A stretch of DNA of 64,000 bases from Octopus sinensis (GCF_006345805.1 NC_042999.1:121706001-121770000); one strand, 5' to 3'; shown: positions 24,905-39,588, counted from the stretch's first letter. The notes: generated by a model from the sequence alone, not told the origin. Program-made: numbers and translations.

Positions 24905-25655
24905 TGTAGCTATGTTATATGATAGTGAAACATAGGCTGTGACCACAGAGGACTTGCAAAAGCTTGAAAGAAATGAAGCCAGCATGCTCCACAGGGTGGG
25001 TAATGTCAGTGTGCATGTATGACAGAGTGTAAATGATTTTTTTGGTGGGTATATGAGGCGTCAGATGTAGTGTGCAAGAGAAAAGACTGTGCTGGTATGG
25101 TCTTGTGATGCATATTGATGAGAACAGCTGCATAAATAAATGCTGATTTCTAGTTGTAGCAGAAATGTGTGGAAGAGGTTGACCCAGGAAGACGTGGGAT
25201 AAAGAGGTGAGAAACAATCTTCTGAGATTGAGCCCCACAGAGATGACAAGGAACTGAAAATTTTGGTTATTTGCTGTGCTTGAGAAGACCGTATCAAGCT
25301 AAGTAAAATCATGGGCACACCACGTATAAAGTACCCATGCTGGTACTGCATAAAAAGCGCCTGTATTGGTGCCATGTAAAATGCACTCTTGTCATGTGAA
25401 AATCATCTGGCACCATGAAAAGAGTACTTGTGCCAGCACCATGTAAAAAGAACCTGTGCTGGTGCCACACAAAAAGCACCCAGCACACTCTGTAAAGTGG
25501 TTGGCATTAGGAAGGGCATCCAGCCATAAAAACCATGCCAAAACAGATGACTGGAGCCTGGTGCAGCTCTCTGGTATGCCAGCTCCTGTCAAAACATCCA
25601 ACCCATGCCAGAATAGAAAATGGACATTAATTGATAATGATTATGATGATGATGT
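24905..25655 (+). mobile_element. Old 5'-truncated RTE LINE (ORF2 C-terminus, 3' UTR, (GAT)n tail)
   Basis: MLYDSET*AVTTEDLQKLERNEASML, VQEKRLCWYGLV, GR..RKTW; same 3' UTR as 47827-48826. Confidence 0.8.
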
Positions 25656-27159
25656 TTATTTTGTTTCCAAATAACATGTATTGATCTATTTTTATAATGT
25701 AAGAAGCTATCTATGAAGAATAACTTTTGTCAACATGAATTGTATTTTACAGAAACAAAATAAAACAGAAAATCAAATATCACTGATAAATTAATGTATT
25801 GTAAATTAAACAGATTTCTTTCAGTTCATAGAAATGACAATCCATAGTTAATATGTCTAATTATATTTGATAAAAATAATTTTCTGGAAACTGACAGAAA
25901 ACTGCCACAGGATATTAATACACTAAATGAAATTACCAAAAGTTTATGTCTACAAATAACAAAAGAGAAAATAAACTTTGTGATTCAATGATTAAAAATA
26001 TTACAAAGTATTTTCAAAAGCACTTTAAAAAAGTTTTCTAGAGATAAAAATATTTTAGAAACTTAGAAATAAGCCATCAGAATAACTTGAAAATAAACAT
26101 GAGTAAGTGTTTTATAATTTCTTAAACTAACAACTAGCTTGAAGTAATCTGAAAGGCTAAATTGAAAAATAAGAAACAAGTAATAAAGAAATAAGATGAA
26201 GGAAAAATCATATGGAACAAAATTTTCATCTGTTCATCATGTTTTTGTATACTCATTTTAGAAATGAGAAAGATATAAAAAAGAAATGCTATCAAAGTTC
26301 TTTTATGTCACTTATTCACTTTGTATAATTCTTTAGAGGCTAGTTTTTAATTTCCCAACTTGTTTAGAATATAAAAGGAATATAAATAATTCGTAGATAT
26401 ATATATTCCAAGTAATTTTTCTGTTTACTTTGTTAAACAATGTACATTTATGAAAAATGTAATGGGTAAATTAGATTAATCTTTAGAATTTTTCCATTCA
26501 AGTAGTATTAAATCAGGGTAGATATACTTTTGTTGTATGATAAATTTGCTAATCAATATTTTGTGTCTATTGAAATTTCAGATATTATTTCTCTATAATG
26601 GCTCATAGTGAAAAACATTGTGATTTCTGTCTTTAATATAGTGAGTTCATTATTCATATTGTGACTCTAAATGAATATTCATAAAAGGTATGAACAATAC
26701 TTTTAACATGTTAAAGTTCAATATCATATTGACAAAGAATTATTCATTGTATCCCATTCTTAGTCTCACTTTCATGTTTCTATAAAACCCTGCATTGAAT
26801 ATTTTCATATGTTAACCTTCGTTAACCATTTGTGTAGTAGAGTTAAGCTGAGAGATGTTTTGTCTCTATCGATTTTAATCCTATACACATCAATTTTGTT
26901 TCATTAGATGAAGTGTGTAATCATAACTTTGTACATAAAATTATACAAGTTTGAAATTAACATCTACTTATATATAAAATACAATTTTCTTTTATAGTTC
27001 AGAATCATGACAACACTAAATAAATGTAGAAATCGTTAGTTAAGTCAAAATTGTTACTTGTAGTATAATCATGTCTTTTAGAATAAAAAATAAACCATCC
27101 AACAGTTGTAATATATAATTGAAATAATTACAGTCACTTACATATATGTTATGAAGTAT

Positions 27160-27217
27160 ACTCTTTTACTCTTTTACTTGTTTCAGCCATCCGGCTGAGG
27201 CCATGCTGGGGCACCTT
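27160..27217 (-). mobile_element. Isolated SINE 3' tail
   Basis: Revcomp aggtgccccagcatggcctcagccggatggctgaaacaagtaaaagagtaaaagag. Confidence 0.75.
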
Positions 27218-29409
27218 TAAAAAATGGTTCTTACTTGCACTTGAATTAGTTTTATGCTTGGCTGCTTAGTTAATGAGTACTATCAGATAAAGAATTCCAT
27301 CAGGATAGAAAGCATTGAGAAAGTTTCAAAACTAATTTTACATAAACATTTATAAACATCAGTCAGTACATTTCAAAATTTATGTAAATGATGTTCTAGC
27401 ATCAATGAAATATTTTTTAATTTTCTTTTATTAATTTACAGCCATATTTTTTTTTTTACATTATTGCATGACTAGTATAATTTGTTGTTGGAGCAATTGT
27501 CTGCAGTATGAGGTTATCCTTTATTTGCAAAACATTCACGGAAAATGATAATGGGAGTTATTTTTGTGTAAAATACAAACTGAGTTACGTATTTGGATCA
27601 GATGCACATCACAGCTGTATTGATATATTCTGAAAACTAATTTTCGAAAAATATGTAAGCAAAGTGCAAAAGAAAAAATGGCTTAATAGGTTATATATCA
27701 ATTGAAGTGTTCAGGTCATATCTACTTAGAACATATATTCTGTGCCTCCTGTTGAGTGAAAAATTGATGTATGTTGTCATAGGTTAATCATGGAAAGAGG
27801 TAGATACTGATGAAATATTTTCTTTTTCGTTTTTTTTTTGTTGGTAAGAGAATGAAAAATGGTGAGCATATCTTTGTAATTTTAAGACTAAATAAAATAA
27901 TGATTGATCCTCATTACTAAAGTATCTATTTCTACAAATAAAAAGTAAAATAATAATGCACTTGTTAGAGTGATGTTGATGTATGTCAGTGAAGCATTTG
28001 TAATGCAAGCATAGCATCTACAATGTGTAAAACACAAGCTTAATATAATATAGGGAAGAGCTGAAGAAAGTTTCACATTAAACTACAATTGTGAATGTAA
28101 GAAGAAATCCTCCATTCATAGTTATCTAAAAAAAAAATTGCTATCAGCTCAGATCAGGTGAAAACAATTTTGTTTCTACAAATTGTTACTTTTAAATATG
28201 ACTACTGAAGCAAAGTGTTAGACATACACAAATGAAAGAATGTATTTTTGCTTTCTTGATGGTTTAGTCATATAGGCTGTTTCAGGAGATAAAGTGAATT
28301 GGTTTCAGTGAAGCATCTTTTCCATATGTTGAAATTTCCATTCTTTGAAAAGTATTTACTTAGCCATTGTGCAATAATTTAGTATTTGTTATCATTTTGT
28401 CTACTGTAGACTCTTTGGCAACTTTATGCTGTGCTGACAGGAAATGCACATTAATGAGTTTCTATTAGTCTTTGTCATATCTGAAGTCTTTCTACCTGAT
28501 TTTCTTTCCAAGCTTGATAACAATTAAGCAGCTTGAATAGATTCTAGAAATTTCTTTTCATATTATTGTCACTCTATCATTTAATCTATCACAGGTTCAG
28601 ATCTTTTATTACCTAAAGTTTAATTTTAAAACAAATGGCCATAGAAATATTATATTTCACTTCATACATTATATCATTTCAATAATCTTCATGGGAATTT
28701 TCTTTATTCTTTAATATCACTCCTATTGTAATGAACGAGGATATATTTCCAAACCAAACACTATATATGAACAATTATTAGTTTAATTTGAATAGAATAT
28801 GATACATAAGATATCAATATAAATGGTCCCTTTGTCAGTTTTGACAATGAGTGTTCCAGGTGTTTGAGCAACAAAATTGCCTTCACATTGTATTATAGTT
28901 TAAGTGAACAAGTATTCCACAAACACTTGTACCCTTAATATAATTATCAGGCAGAATCAGCATGACACGGTATAATAAAACTAGTCTTTTTTATTACAAA
29001 TACAATCCATCATGTGGGCTTCTACACAGTTTTCATCCACCTAATTTCTTTCAATAATTTCAGGTTGTCATTTGCCCAATCATATTTTTAAAGTGAACTT
29101 CTTGATTGCTCAGCCATACCTGTGTTTACATATGAGGTAAAGAAAACCCAGATGAATTGGCATGCAACAGATTTGTTCTGTGAGATAACAGAACAACTAT
29201 TTTCTTTGCCTTATCACTTGTTTGTTTTTCTTCATTTATGAGTAAATATCAGTATATCTAAAGTCAGCACATGTAACTACATCAAGGTGAATAAATATGG
29301 TATTTGGATTTAAACTTAATAGGGCATAATGTGCCTTAATACATGACATTTAGACATTTACACAACCAGTCATGATGTTCATTCATTCTACATACATACA
29401 TACATAATA

Positions 29410-29700
29410 GTGAGGGTGTATGGTGTAGTGGTTAGGGTATTGCACTCACAATCGTGAGATTGTGGTTTCAATTCCTGGACTTGGTGGTACATTGCATTCT
29501 TGAGCAAAATACTTCATCTCACACTGCTCTGTGACCCCTTCAACACCTAACGTTGGTACACCATACACCTGTTTGGTCAATGTGGATTTGATGGAGGCAG
29601 TGAGCTAATGTACAGCACATACATTTTATTACTATAAACAAATCAGTTGTGTAGGTTGTTCAGCAAGAAATTGCAGAACCATCTTTCTCAGACTACAAGA
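29410..29700 (+). mobile_element. Old tRNA-derived SINE (second family)
   Basis: tggtgtagtggttagggta (A box), ggtttcaattcc (B box), cttgagcaaaatacttcatctc central segment. Confidence 0.65.
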
Positions 29701-29726
29701 AACTACCATCATCACCCTCACAACGT

Positions 29727-29900
29727 AACGGCAGATGAGTTCAAATTCCGTCGAGGTCGACTTTGCCTTTCATCCTTTCGGGGTCGATAAATTAAGTACC
29801 AGTTACGCACTGGGGTCGATGTAATCGACTTAATACCTATGTCTGTCCTTGTTTGTCCCCTCTGTGTTTAGCCCCTTGTGGGTAATAAAGAAATAGGCAT
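29727..29900 (+). mobile_element. Young 5'-truncated SINE with conserved gcctttcatcctttcggggtcgataaattaagtaccag core (MetaSINE-type, from memory)
   Basis: CpG-rich, gagttcaaattcc B-box, core motif intact. Confidence 0.75.
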
Positions 29901-30144
29901 TAGGAAACTTTGCCAGATCATTGGAGCCTGGTGCAGCCTACTGGCTTGCAAGTCCTCAGTCAAACCGTCCAACTCATGCCAGCATTGAAAGTTGACATTA
30001 AACGACAATGCTGGTGTGAAGAATAAGTTTAAGCATATAATAAGCAGATTAAAACTAGTAAATTTTCCAATAATGAAAGTATTAATACAAACAAAAAATG
30101 TTATTTTGATCACAACTTTTGTTTTGAATGATAAAATCTCTTAG

Positions 30145-30592
30145 TCTTGCCAACCACTCCAAGAGTGTAGTGGGTGCTTTTCACATGCCACCGGCATGAG
30201 GGCCAGTCAGGCAGTACTGGCAATGACCACACTCGAATGGTGTCTTTTACATGCCACCAGCACAGGAGCCAGTCACAACGATCGTGCTCGAATGGTGCTT
30301 TTTACTTGCCACCAGCATGGGACCAGTCGGGTGGCACTGGCATCGACCACGCTCGAATGGTGCTTTTTACATGCCTCTGGCACAGGTGCCAATCAGGCAG
30401 TACTGTCATCAGCCACAACAATGACGTCACTTGCCTCAACAGGTCTTCACAAGTGCAGTTTATTGCCCAATGAAGGGTTCTCTTAAATGGGCTGGTTATG
30501 CTGTACTGGCATAGGCCACGGTTACAGTCTCTTCTCCAGCACAGCATATCTCCAAACGTTCGAAGGTCATGCTTCACCACCTCATCTCACCA
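30145..30592 (-). mobile_element. RTE LINE 3' fragment with tandem units in the 3' UTR
   Basis: Repeated tggtgcttttacatgccacc units and the ORF2 end (VVKHDLRT). Confidence 0.8.
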
Positions 30593-31018
30593 CATATAGA
30601 CATTATTTCATTTTACTTAAAGCTTGCCTTTTATTACAAAAAAGGATATCTTATTTTAGAACTTATATACATTTAAGGTTTTACCACACTCAGTTACCCC
30701 AATACAATGTAATGTAAGTATTTCATATTACTCTTTTGTTTTAAGGGAGTTAGGGACTTTTACATTTCGATTGAAACTCCCTTATTGGACATAAAATTCT
30801 TTTAGGTTTTGTGTTTTGATGGAGCTTCTGAAGTGCACCGAAGAAAAATACACAAAATGTGTGATGACAAAATTCAAATTTGGCTTCAGCAAAATTTGAA
30901 TGAAAAGTTGCAATAAATTCTTCTTTATGTGGTGAGGTTAAGGAGATATAATTGAAACATATTATGTCTGTTCATTTATACCCCCAATGCTAGAATAATT
31001 TTTTTCAAATAATACATG

Positions 31019-32963
31019 CATCATCATCATCATCATCGTAAAACATCCATGCTGGCATGGGTTGGACGGTTTGACCAAGGTCTGGAGAGCCAGCAGCTGC
31101 ATCAGGCTCCAATCTCATCTGGCAATGTTTCTACAACTGGATGCCCTTTCTAATGCCAACCACTCCAAGAGTGTAATGGGTGCTTTTTATGTGCCACCGG
31201 CACAAAAGCCAGTCAGGCAGGCCTGGCATCAATCATATTTAGATAGTGCTTTTTATGTGCCACCAGTCAGTGGGTACTGGCATCAGCCATGTTCAGATGG
31301 TACTTTTTATGTGCCACTGGCACAGGGGCCAGTCAGATGGGCCTGGCATTGATCATATTTAGATAGTGCTTTTAATGTGCCACTGGCAATGGGGCCCCGT
31401 CAGAGGGTACTGGCATCGGCCACATTTGGTTGGTGCATTTTATGTGCCACCAGCACAGGAGCCAAGTAGGAGGATCTGACACCAACCGCATTCAGATGTT
31501 GCTTTTTACATGCCACTGGTATGGGAACCAGTCTTGGGGCACTGGCCACAGCTACAATATTGGTTTCACTTGACTCAACAGGTCTTCTCAAGCATATCAT
31601 ATTACATAATGCATCAAGGGTTCTCTTAACTGGGCCGGTCATGCATGGCTGCAATCTCACTTTAGTTACTGGGTCTTCTCAATCATACCATACCTCCAAA
31701 GGTCTTGGTCTCCTGTCATTACCTCTGTGAGGCCCATTGTTCAAAGGTCATGCTTCACCACCTCATCCCATATCTTCTTGGGTCTACCTCTTACATAGGT
31801 TCCTTCCACAGTTAGGGAGTGACACTTCCTCATGCAGCTGTCCTCATCCAAATGTAACACATGACCATACCAGCACAGTCATTTATTTTGCCCACCACAT
31901 CTGATACTTCATATGCCCAACTTTTCTCTCAGGGCACTTACACTCTGTCGTGTATGTACACTGACATTACACATCCAGCAAATCATACTAGCTTCATTTC
32001 TTTCAAGCCTACACATGTCCTCCACAGTCATGGCTCATGTTTCACTGCTGTGTAGCATGGCAATTTGCACACATGCATCATACAGTCTACCTTTCCTCCT
32101 GAGTGAGAGTCCCTTAGTTACCAGCAGAGGTAGGAGTGAACTTTGCCCAGGCTATTCTTATTTGAACCTCTACACTCTCAGAGCAACCATCCTTACTACA
32201 GACTTGGTCGCCTAGGTAGCGGAAGCTATTAACACCTAGTTTTTCCCCCTGGCATGTGATGGAATCTGTTGTCTGTACATCTTCAATGTTTATTGCTCCT
32301 GTGCATCGGTCACACACAAAACTATGTTCCCGGTTAACTTTTCTTTGATATTGCTGCACCTGTTATGCATCCGTAGCTTACACTAGGTACATCTTATGGA
32401 GTTTATACTTATGCATTTTCTACAGATTGAGTAGAGTCATCTACTTGAAGGGGATTGTGGTTTGACAGCCTTCCTACTTACTAAGACTTTGGTTTTTGCT
32501 AGCTTGATCCTAGGGCCCTTCTATTCTAAACCTTGCTTCCACACTCTAAACTTCATCTCTAGTTCTGGCAGTAACTCGGCTATTAGGGCAAGGTCATCAG
32601 CATAGAGGAGCTCCCAGGGGCAGCCTGTCTTGAATTCTTCTGTTATTGCCTGGAGGACTATAATGAATAAGAGAGGGCTGAGGACTGATCCTTGGTGAAC
32701 CCCTTCTTCTACTTGGAATTCTTCACTATATTCATTGCCAACCCTCACCTTACTGACAGTATCCTTGTACATGGCTTGTACAGCTCTTACCAACCATTCT
32801 TCTATCCCCAGTTTCCACATTGTCCATCAAATAAGAGATCGGAGGACCTTGTCAAAGCCTTTCTCCAAGTCAACAAAAGCCAAGTACAGAGGTTTATCTT
32901 TGGCTAGGTATATCTCTTTAAGTTGCCTTACCAGAAATATAGCATTGGTGGTGCTTCTGCCTT
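31019..32963 (-). mobile_element. 5'-truncated RTE LINE (RT core to (GAT)n tail), decayed
   Basis: GRSTTNAIFLVRQL, LYLAFVDLEKGFDKV, GVHQGSVLSPLLF, WELLYADDLALIAE, FVCDRCTG, FRYLGD; 3' UTR tandem units; tail at 31019-31036. Confidence 0.92.
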
Positions 32964-33883
32964 TACATTCTACTGTTGTTTTATTGCCATTTATTTAAGA
33001 GTATTATAAATTTTGTTGGTAAGATATTTTTCTGGGAACGAATTACGATTTAAAACACTGCCAGTATGGGAAGCTATTGCTCTGCTTTATGAGTTTTCAC
33101 TTCATGGGCGGTCTCCAGGAACAAATAAACTCATATATGGAGACATTACTGTATTGTTTAGAAAACCTTGATACTGCTATTATTTTCTTGGTTTGATTTT
33201 CTTAATGCCTAGCAGAACAATTGCTTATCATTTTCTGACAAAATGTTCCTTGAACATAAGTCATTAATTGAATCTCATTCTAAAAATAAACCTTCATAAT
33301 AAAATTTCTATGCCTGTTTTATTAACTTCACTAATTGTATTCATATTATCCTGTGCATAGTTTTCCCTCCATAATGTTCTTATTTATATATTGATATTGA
33401 TTTTATAATCCTGCCTACCATCTTATATCAGGAAAATATACTTCTTTCTTCTGCTGTAACCTAGTAAATCCATCATTGATTCTCTTAATATTTTCTGCAT
33501 GCCATTTTTTGTTTCATATTCCCCCAATTTTTAAAACTTTTTATCCTTAGATTCATAATAATACTTATAATAATATTTATGAGTTTTTATCATGTTGTCT
33601 ACAGTGTTAATCAATTTTTAATGGTTCCCAGTTGTGAAATATGTATATCTATTATGTAGGTAGGGTAAAATCCTTGCAGTGTCCTCTTGTAGCACATCTG
33701 CTTATTTCAGTATTACAATCTAGTAGGTAGATGCTGTCATTCTTGCTTTGATGTAAGGTACAGATTGGAGTTGAAAATTTTGGAAATATAGTTTGCAGAA
33801 TTAGTATATAACAAAATAGCAATTTGGAAAGTTTTTGCTATTATTTATTCACCATCACACATTTTTTCTAAATATCTGTCTTG

Positions 33884-33924
<41 letters not shown>

Positions 33925-34044
33925 TACATATATATATATACACAGATATACATATTTACACAGATATACATATATATCTATATATATGTATGTATATATA
34001 CATCCATAAACCACAGATGCACACACACAGGCACATATATATAT

Positions 34045-34428
34045 ATCGTTGCTATTACGCAAAAGTGTCATAAGTCCAAAACGTTGCTTTTTCAGAAAAC
34101 AAAAGAATAGTTTCAGCATTCCATTTCTCTTTACATAAGCAACCATTTTAGCTTAACAATAACACTTTGTTCAGTGCATAAAATCGTAATTCAATGCATG
34201 TATGATATTTCCAGTGAGAAATAGTTTTGCAAAACTGTTGTATGTGGGGCTTACTACACTTTTGAAAAATGCTAAACCGTTGTACTACACTTTGACAATT
34301 TTCATCTGAAGCAGCAAAGATATGATGGTTTAACCAAAAGAAATGGTTATTGCAAGCAAAAATAAATATTTAAAAAAAAAACGATTTGGCCAAATTTGGA
34401 CATACGACAGTTTAACATAATAGTAACA

Positions 34429-34462
<34 letters not shown>

Positions 34463-34722
34463 CAAAATAGCAATAATACATATATACTGTTGTTATTATG
34501 TTAAACTGTGGTATCATCAAATTTTCCAAGTGCGTTTTTTTTTAATATTTATTGTTGTTCTATTGGTCAAACTGTGGTATCTCCAGCTACTTCAGATGCC
34601 AATTTATCAAAAATTGCCAGAGTGTAGTACAGTTGTTTTATTATGGAATGGTGAAACTATATTTTCATTTTATGAAACAACAACGTTTTGGACTTACAAC
34701 ACTTTTGCATAATAGCAATGAT
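34045..34722. mobile_element. ~680-bp element with long imperfect inverted repeats (MITE-like)
   Basis: atcgttgctattacgcaaaagtgtcataagtccaaaacgttg... mirrored by ...caacgttttggacttacaacacttttgcataatagcaatgat; ORF track shows QRFGL.TLL.NSND on opposite strands. Confidence 0.75.
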
Positions 34723-37290
34723 GTGTGTGTGTGTGTGTGTGCGTATGTGTGTGTGTGTATGTCTGTGTGTGTGTATGTGTGTGTACATGCATATAAATAT
34801 ATGTGCACATATGTTTGAGTTTGTGTGGCACAGGTGATAACATGCTCATAAGTAAATTTGTTAGGTTGACAATAATGGTTTAAAAACATGAATTTGTATC
34901 AGTATTAATAGAACCAATACACTATAAATGTCATTAAGGGAACAAGTAGCAAGAGATTTGAAGATTTTGAGAATGGAAAGTTGTGCATTTTATTCTATTT
35001 CCCAAAGACATTAGATGTAGGTGGCATGAAACAACTTAAATTACTTTCTTGGAGAATAACCACGTCAATAAAAGAAAACACAAATACTGACACATTTAAA
35101 AATTAAAACATTTAAAAACCCCACAAAAAATTGATATACTAAAAAATTATACTGTAGTATAGCATAAATAGCAGTGTTTAGCATATCATATACACTTGCA
35201 AAATCTGTTAACAACCGTAATTGAAACGGTATGATTTCGTGACAGATTTCCATACAATTATGCTCCATTATTACATAATGTTCCTTAATAGCTAACAATT
35301 TTTGCAAATGTATGTCTCAACTTCCTTCACTCAGCTCTAATTAACACACCTGCAACTTAACATAGCTACTACTTACCTTGCTCTAACAATCACAATTTCT
35401 TAAATATTTAGGAGCTTGCTAAACTGTTTAATATTCATATTATTTAAATATCAAATTTTTTTCGTATGAAGAACATTGATTAATGGATTTTCAGTCTTTA
35501 AAGTGACAGAATAAACACCATTATCTCGGTTTTTATCTCTTGATAATCCACCAAAATATAGTGAGTTTTCTCAGATCTTAATTTTATTTACTTAGTGCTT
35601 CATTGTTACTGCTTATGTTTTTAGAAGAGTTTCCCTCTGTAAAATTTAGCAATCTTGATATGATGGTGATTTCTTTAATTTCATGAATTTTCAAATTTCA
35701 GGTGTATGCTTTTTAGTTTTGCCATTCTAACTTCAACCTTTAAAATATATTTAACATTTTAGATTACAGTTTATTTATATAATCTCATTGTGTTTAATAA
35801 AAACTAAAACAAAATAAATGATTTCGATATTTGTTTGAAATTCTTTTGTTGTCATGTATATTTTGTAAATATATACAATTAAAATAAATTATATCTTTAA
35901 TTTAGTAGTTGTTTATAATTCTGTTATTGCATTTCTATTTAATTTCCTAAGTAAATATACTTTTGAAATAATCAAAGTCTTATATAAACTAAATATTTCA
36001 ATAATTACATCGAAATCATTATATACTTTATCTTCTCAATGAGTTTTATGTGCTTTAGAAATAAACAGAGCTGTTATTAACAATATATTTTTTATTTGTT
36101 TCAATTTTCTTCAGAATCTATTTTATCTTTGATTAATCCACTGTTTCATGCACATGAAACATAAATTAATATATTTGAAAATCTTCTTCCTTTACAAGAG
36201 AATAGCATTTCTGCATATTCTCAGTACATCTTTGATCTTATGCAAAATAATAAATAAATATGTAATAAGTTTCAACAATTATATCCCTTTTGAAATTGAT
36301 TTTAACTAATGTACATCTTTTAGAGTATGTTTGTTATCAGACTAAATCTACAAGGTCTGAAATTAATTAGGCTGTTATAATTTTCTACTAACTTGCCCAA
36401 TCAGAATTTTCTAGCTACTGAAAAAGGGACGTACCTTTTGATAGACACATGGGTGACATATGGTTTTTATGACTTGTTATTGAATTGTAATTGATAGACA
36501 TATGCTTTGTATATTAACCATGCAGGGCAAACATTTGATCACATTAATCAATGCTTTGATGATGGTATGAGTTTGTGTCTTTGGAATATGGATCATTGCT
36601 TTCATTGAATGCATTTGATGCAAATCATGGCCTTAATTTTGAAGTTCTTTTGAAGTTCTTGCCACTTTATTGGCAAAATAAATAAAATTTCTAAATGTTC
36701 AGTATTATCTGTCAACTATATTTTTCAAATAATTGCTTCTGAACTACTAGTGACTTTGGTTCTTTGACAGAAACTCTTTTGTCTGATTTTCACTTCAAAT
36801 TTAGGGAAACCTGGGGAAAGGGAAGATGACACATCTCTACATGCCATATTTTGATCATTCTGAAAGGATCCCTCAAATCCTTTGCTTATAAAAACAAAAA
36901 AATAGGCAAGAACTAAGTTCTGCTACAAATGTTTAAAAATTGATTCGCAACTGCTACAAATTATATAGTAATATATATTTTTTGAAAAGTATAGCTATTT
37001 ACATAACACCAAATTGTTTACTCATGTCTAGAACTAGTTTGTACAATAGAAGCTATATTCATTGCTGTTGCTCTTTATATCACACAAGAAATATAAACAG
37101 GCTAATTTTATTATTATTAAGAGTCATAATAATATTTATTCATGTATGTAAGTTTGTTTTAGCGCTTTCATCTAAAATATATTTTCACATGTATCTTTTG
37201 TAATTACATTAATGTACTCATGAAAAAAATCAGAAAGTGTTATAACACATGTTTATGCCAAATAAATGAAAAGAATAAATTTTGAACATA

Positions 37291-37445
37291 GGCATGGTGT
37301 GGCTGTATGGTAAGAAATTTGCTTCCCAACAAGATAGTTACGATTCGGTCTTACTGCATGGCACTTGGGGAAGTGTCTTCTAGTACAGCCTCAGACCAAC
37401 TGAAGCTTTCTGAATGGATTTGGTAGATGGAAACTGAAAGAAGCC
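37291..37445 (+). mobile_element. 5' half of an old tRNA-SINE (3' half at 38230-38416 and 38840-38885)
   Basis: Head through ...ggtagatggaaactgaaagaagcc; the remainder resumes after inserted elements. Confidence 0.7.
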
Positions 37446-37835
37446 TGTTATAAACATAATACATATATATATATATACAATACAGATAAAGGGTGAAATA
37501 TAATTAATTTAATAAAATCAACAAATTTCACCAAGTAGTATTTCGGTATGGAAAAGGACCATTTTCGGTAAAAGTTTATATAATTATAACAAAGAGGGTC
37601 TTTGCAACAAGTTGCTAGACCACATACCGAAAGTATTAGAAATAGCAGCCAGAGGACTGTTATTTCTTTTACTACAAAAAATATGTCTCCACGGACAACA
37701 GTATTTGTAACTCATTATGTGGCAAAAAAAGAAGGAAAATAACGAGATCAAACAGTCCACGGTCAATTATGGACGTACATATCTGGATTAGAATCAAAGA
37801 TTCATTTCCTTTATCAACATAATATTCATATATAT

Positions 37836-38194
37836 CATCCGTTCGTAGCTGTTGCCAGCCTTGCCTGGCCCCCATGCCGGTGGCACGTAAAAAGCACCAT
37901 CCATTCATGGCCATTGCCATACTCGCCTGGCCCCTGTGCTGGTGGCACATAAAAAGCACCATCCGACTGAGGCCATTTGCCAGACTCGTCTGGCACCTGT
38001 GCCGGTGGTACGTAAAAGGCACCCGCTACACTCATGGAGTGGTTGGCGTTAGGAAGGGCATCCAGCCGTAGAAACATTGCCAGATCAAACTGGGCCTGGT
38101 GCAGCCTTCTGGCTTCCCAGACCCCAGTTGAACTGTCCAACCCATGCTAGCATGGAAAGCGGACGCTGAACGATGATGATGATGATGATGATGA
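37836..38194 (+). mobile_element. RTE-type 3' UTR fragment with (GAT)n tail
   Basis: gtggcacgtaaaaagcaccatcc units, ggcgttaggaagggcatccagc, ccatgctagcatggaaagcggacg, (gat)n. Confidence 0.9.
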
Positions 38195-38245
<51 letters not shown>

Positions 38246-38416
38246 ATATATGTTTGTGTGGATGTTTTTGTCTGTGTTTGTTCTTCACCATTGCTTGATA
38301 ACTGGTGTCAGTGTGTTTATGCCCCCATATCTTAGTGGTTTAGCAAAAGAAATTGATAGAATAAGCACCAGGCTTTAAAAAAATACTGTAGTCGATTCAT
38401 TTGACTAAAATTCTTA

Positions 38417-38842
38417 GGTGTAGAAGTGGCAGTGGTAAGTAGCTTGCTTACCAACCACATGGTTCCAGGTTCAGTCTCATTGCATGGCACCTTGCGCAAG
38501 TGTCTTCTACTATAGCCTCAGGCCAACCAAAGCCTTGTGAGTGGATTTGGTAGACAGAAACTGAAAGAAGCCCTTCATATATATGCATATATATATATAT
38601 ATATATATATGTATGTGCGTGTGTATATGTTTGTGTGCCTGTGTTTGTCCCCCCAACATCGTGTGATAACCAATGCTGGTGTGTTTATGTCCCTGTAACT
38701 TAGCGGTTCGGCAAAAGAGACTGATAAAATAAGTACTAGGCTTACAAAGAATAAGTCCTGGAGTAGATTGGCTTGATCAACTTAAGGCAGTTCTCCAGCA
38801 TGGCCACAGTCAAATGACTGAAACAAGTAAAAGAGTAAAAGT
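38417..38842 (+). mobile_element. Younger full-length tRNA-SINE nested in the tail of the older SINE
   Basis: Complete head-to-tail copy; the older tail gtggtgccccagcatgactgcagtc resumes directly after it. Confidence 0.85.
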
Positions 38843-39339
38843 GGTGCCCCAGCATGACTGCAGTCTAATGATGAAAGCAAATAAATATAAGAATATTCAC
38901 ATAAGGAACATATACATATGTTTACCTTACACTAGCTTCTGTGCTATTTAAAGTTTTCTACAACCACTAGCTCCTTCAGCCAATGAAGAATATAACATGC
39001 TCCTATGAAGGTTATTGGCAACCAGACATAAGGAGATGAATATTCAATCTCTCTTGTCTGGCTGCTGCTTATCGTAAACTTTTTGACCAGAACAGCTATC
39101 AAGAATAAAGTGAGAAAATTTATATTCACTTCTTTTGTTGGGTTAGAGAAAAATGGCTTGTGACTTAAAATATTTAGAACTGATTTATGTTGTAATTATA
39201 CAAACACGAATCTCATAAGGCACTTCTTAATTATTTTTGAAGAAGAAATGTATTCAGTTAAAGTGCTAATTAGATATTAGTTGGGGCTATAACCAACCCT
39301 CTCTCTCCCTCTCTCTCTCTATATATATATACATACATA

Positions 39340-39353
39340 TATAAGTATACATA

Positions 39354-39400
<47 letters not shown>

Positions 39401-39401
39401 G

Positions 39402-39452
<51 letters not shown>

Positions 39453-39466
39453 GTATATGTATATGT

Positions 39467-39547
<81 letters not shown>

Positions 39548-39588
39548 TATATATATAATATGTATATATATATATATATGTATATATA

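Noticed and set aside
24637-30713. + strand 3n pseudo-exons at 24637-24663 (27 nt) and 30660-30713 (54 nt) ending at GTAAGT
   Set aside because: Weaker acceptors and donor contexts; such matches are expected by chance in AT-rich sequence.
37520-37575. Minus-strand ccgaaaa-tgg...cca-ta-ccgaaa-tacta hammerhead-like string
   Set aside because: Core too far from CUGANGA and stems inconsistent.
38944-39129. Minus ORF with a transmembrane-like stretch and a good acceptor
   Set aside because: No homology recognised and no linked exons.
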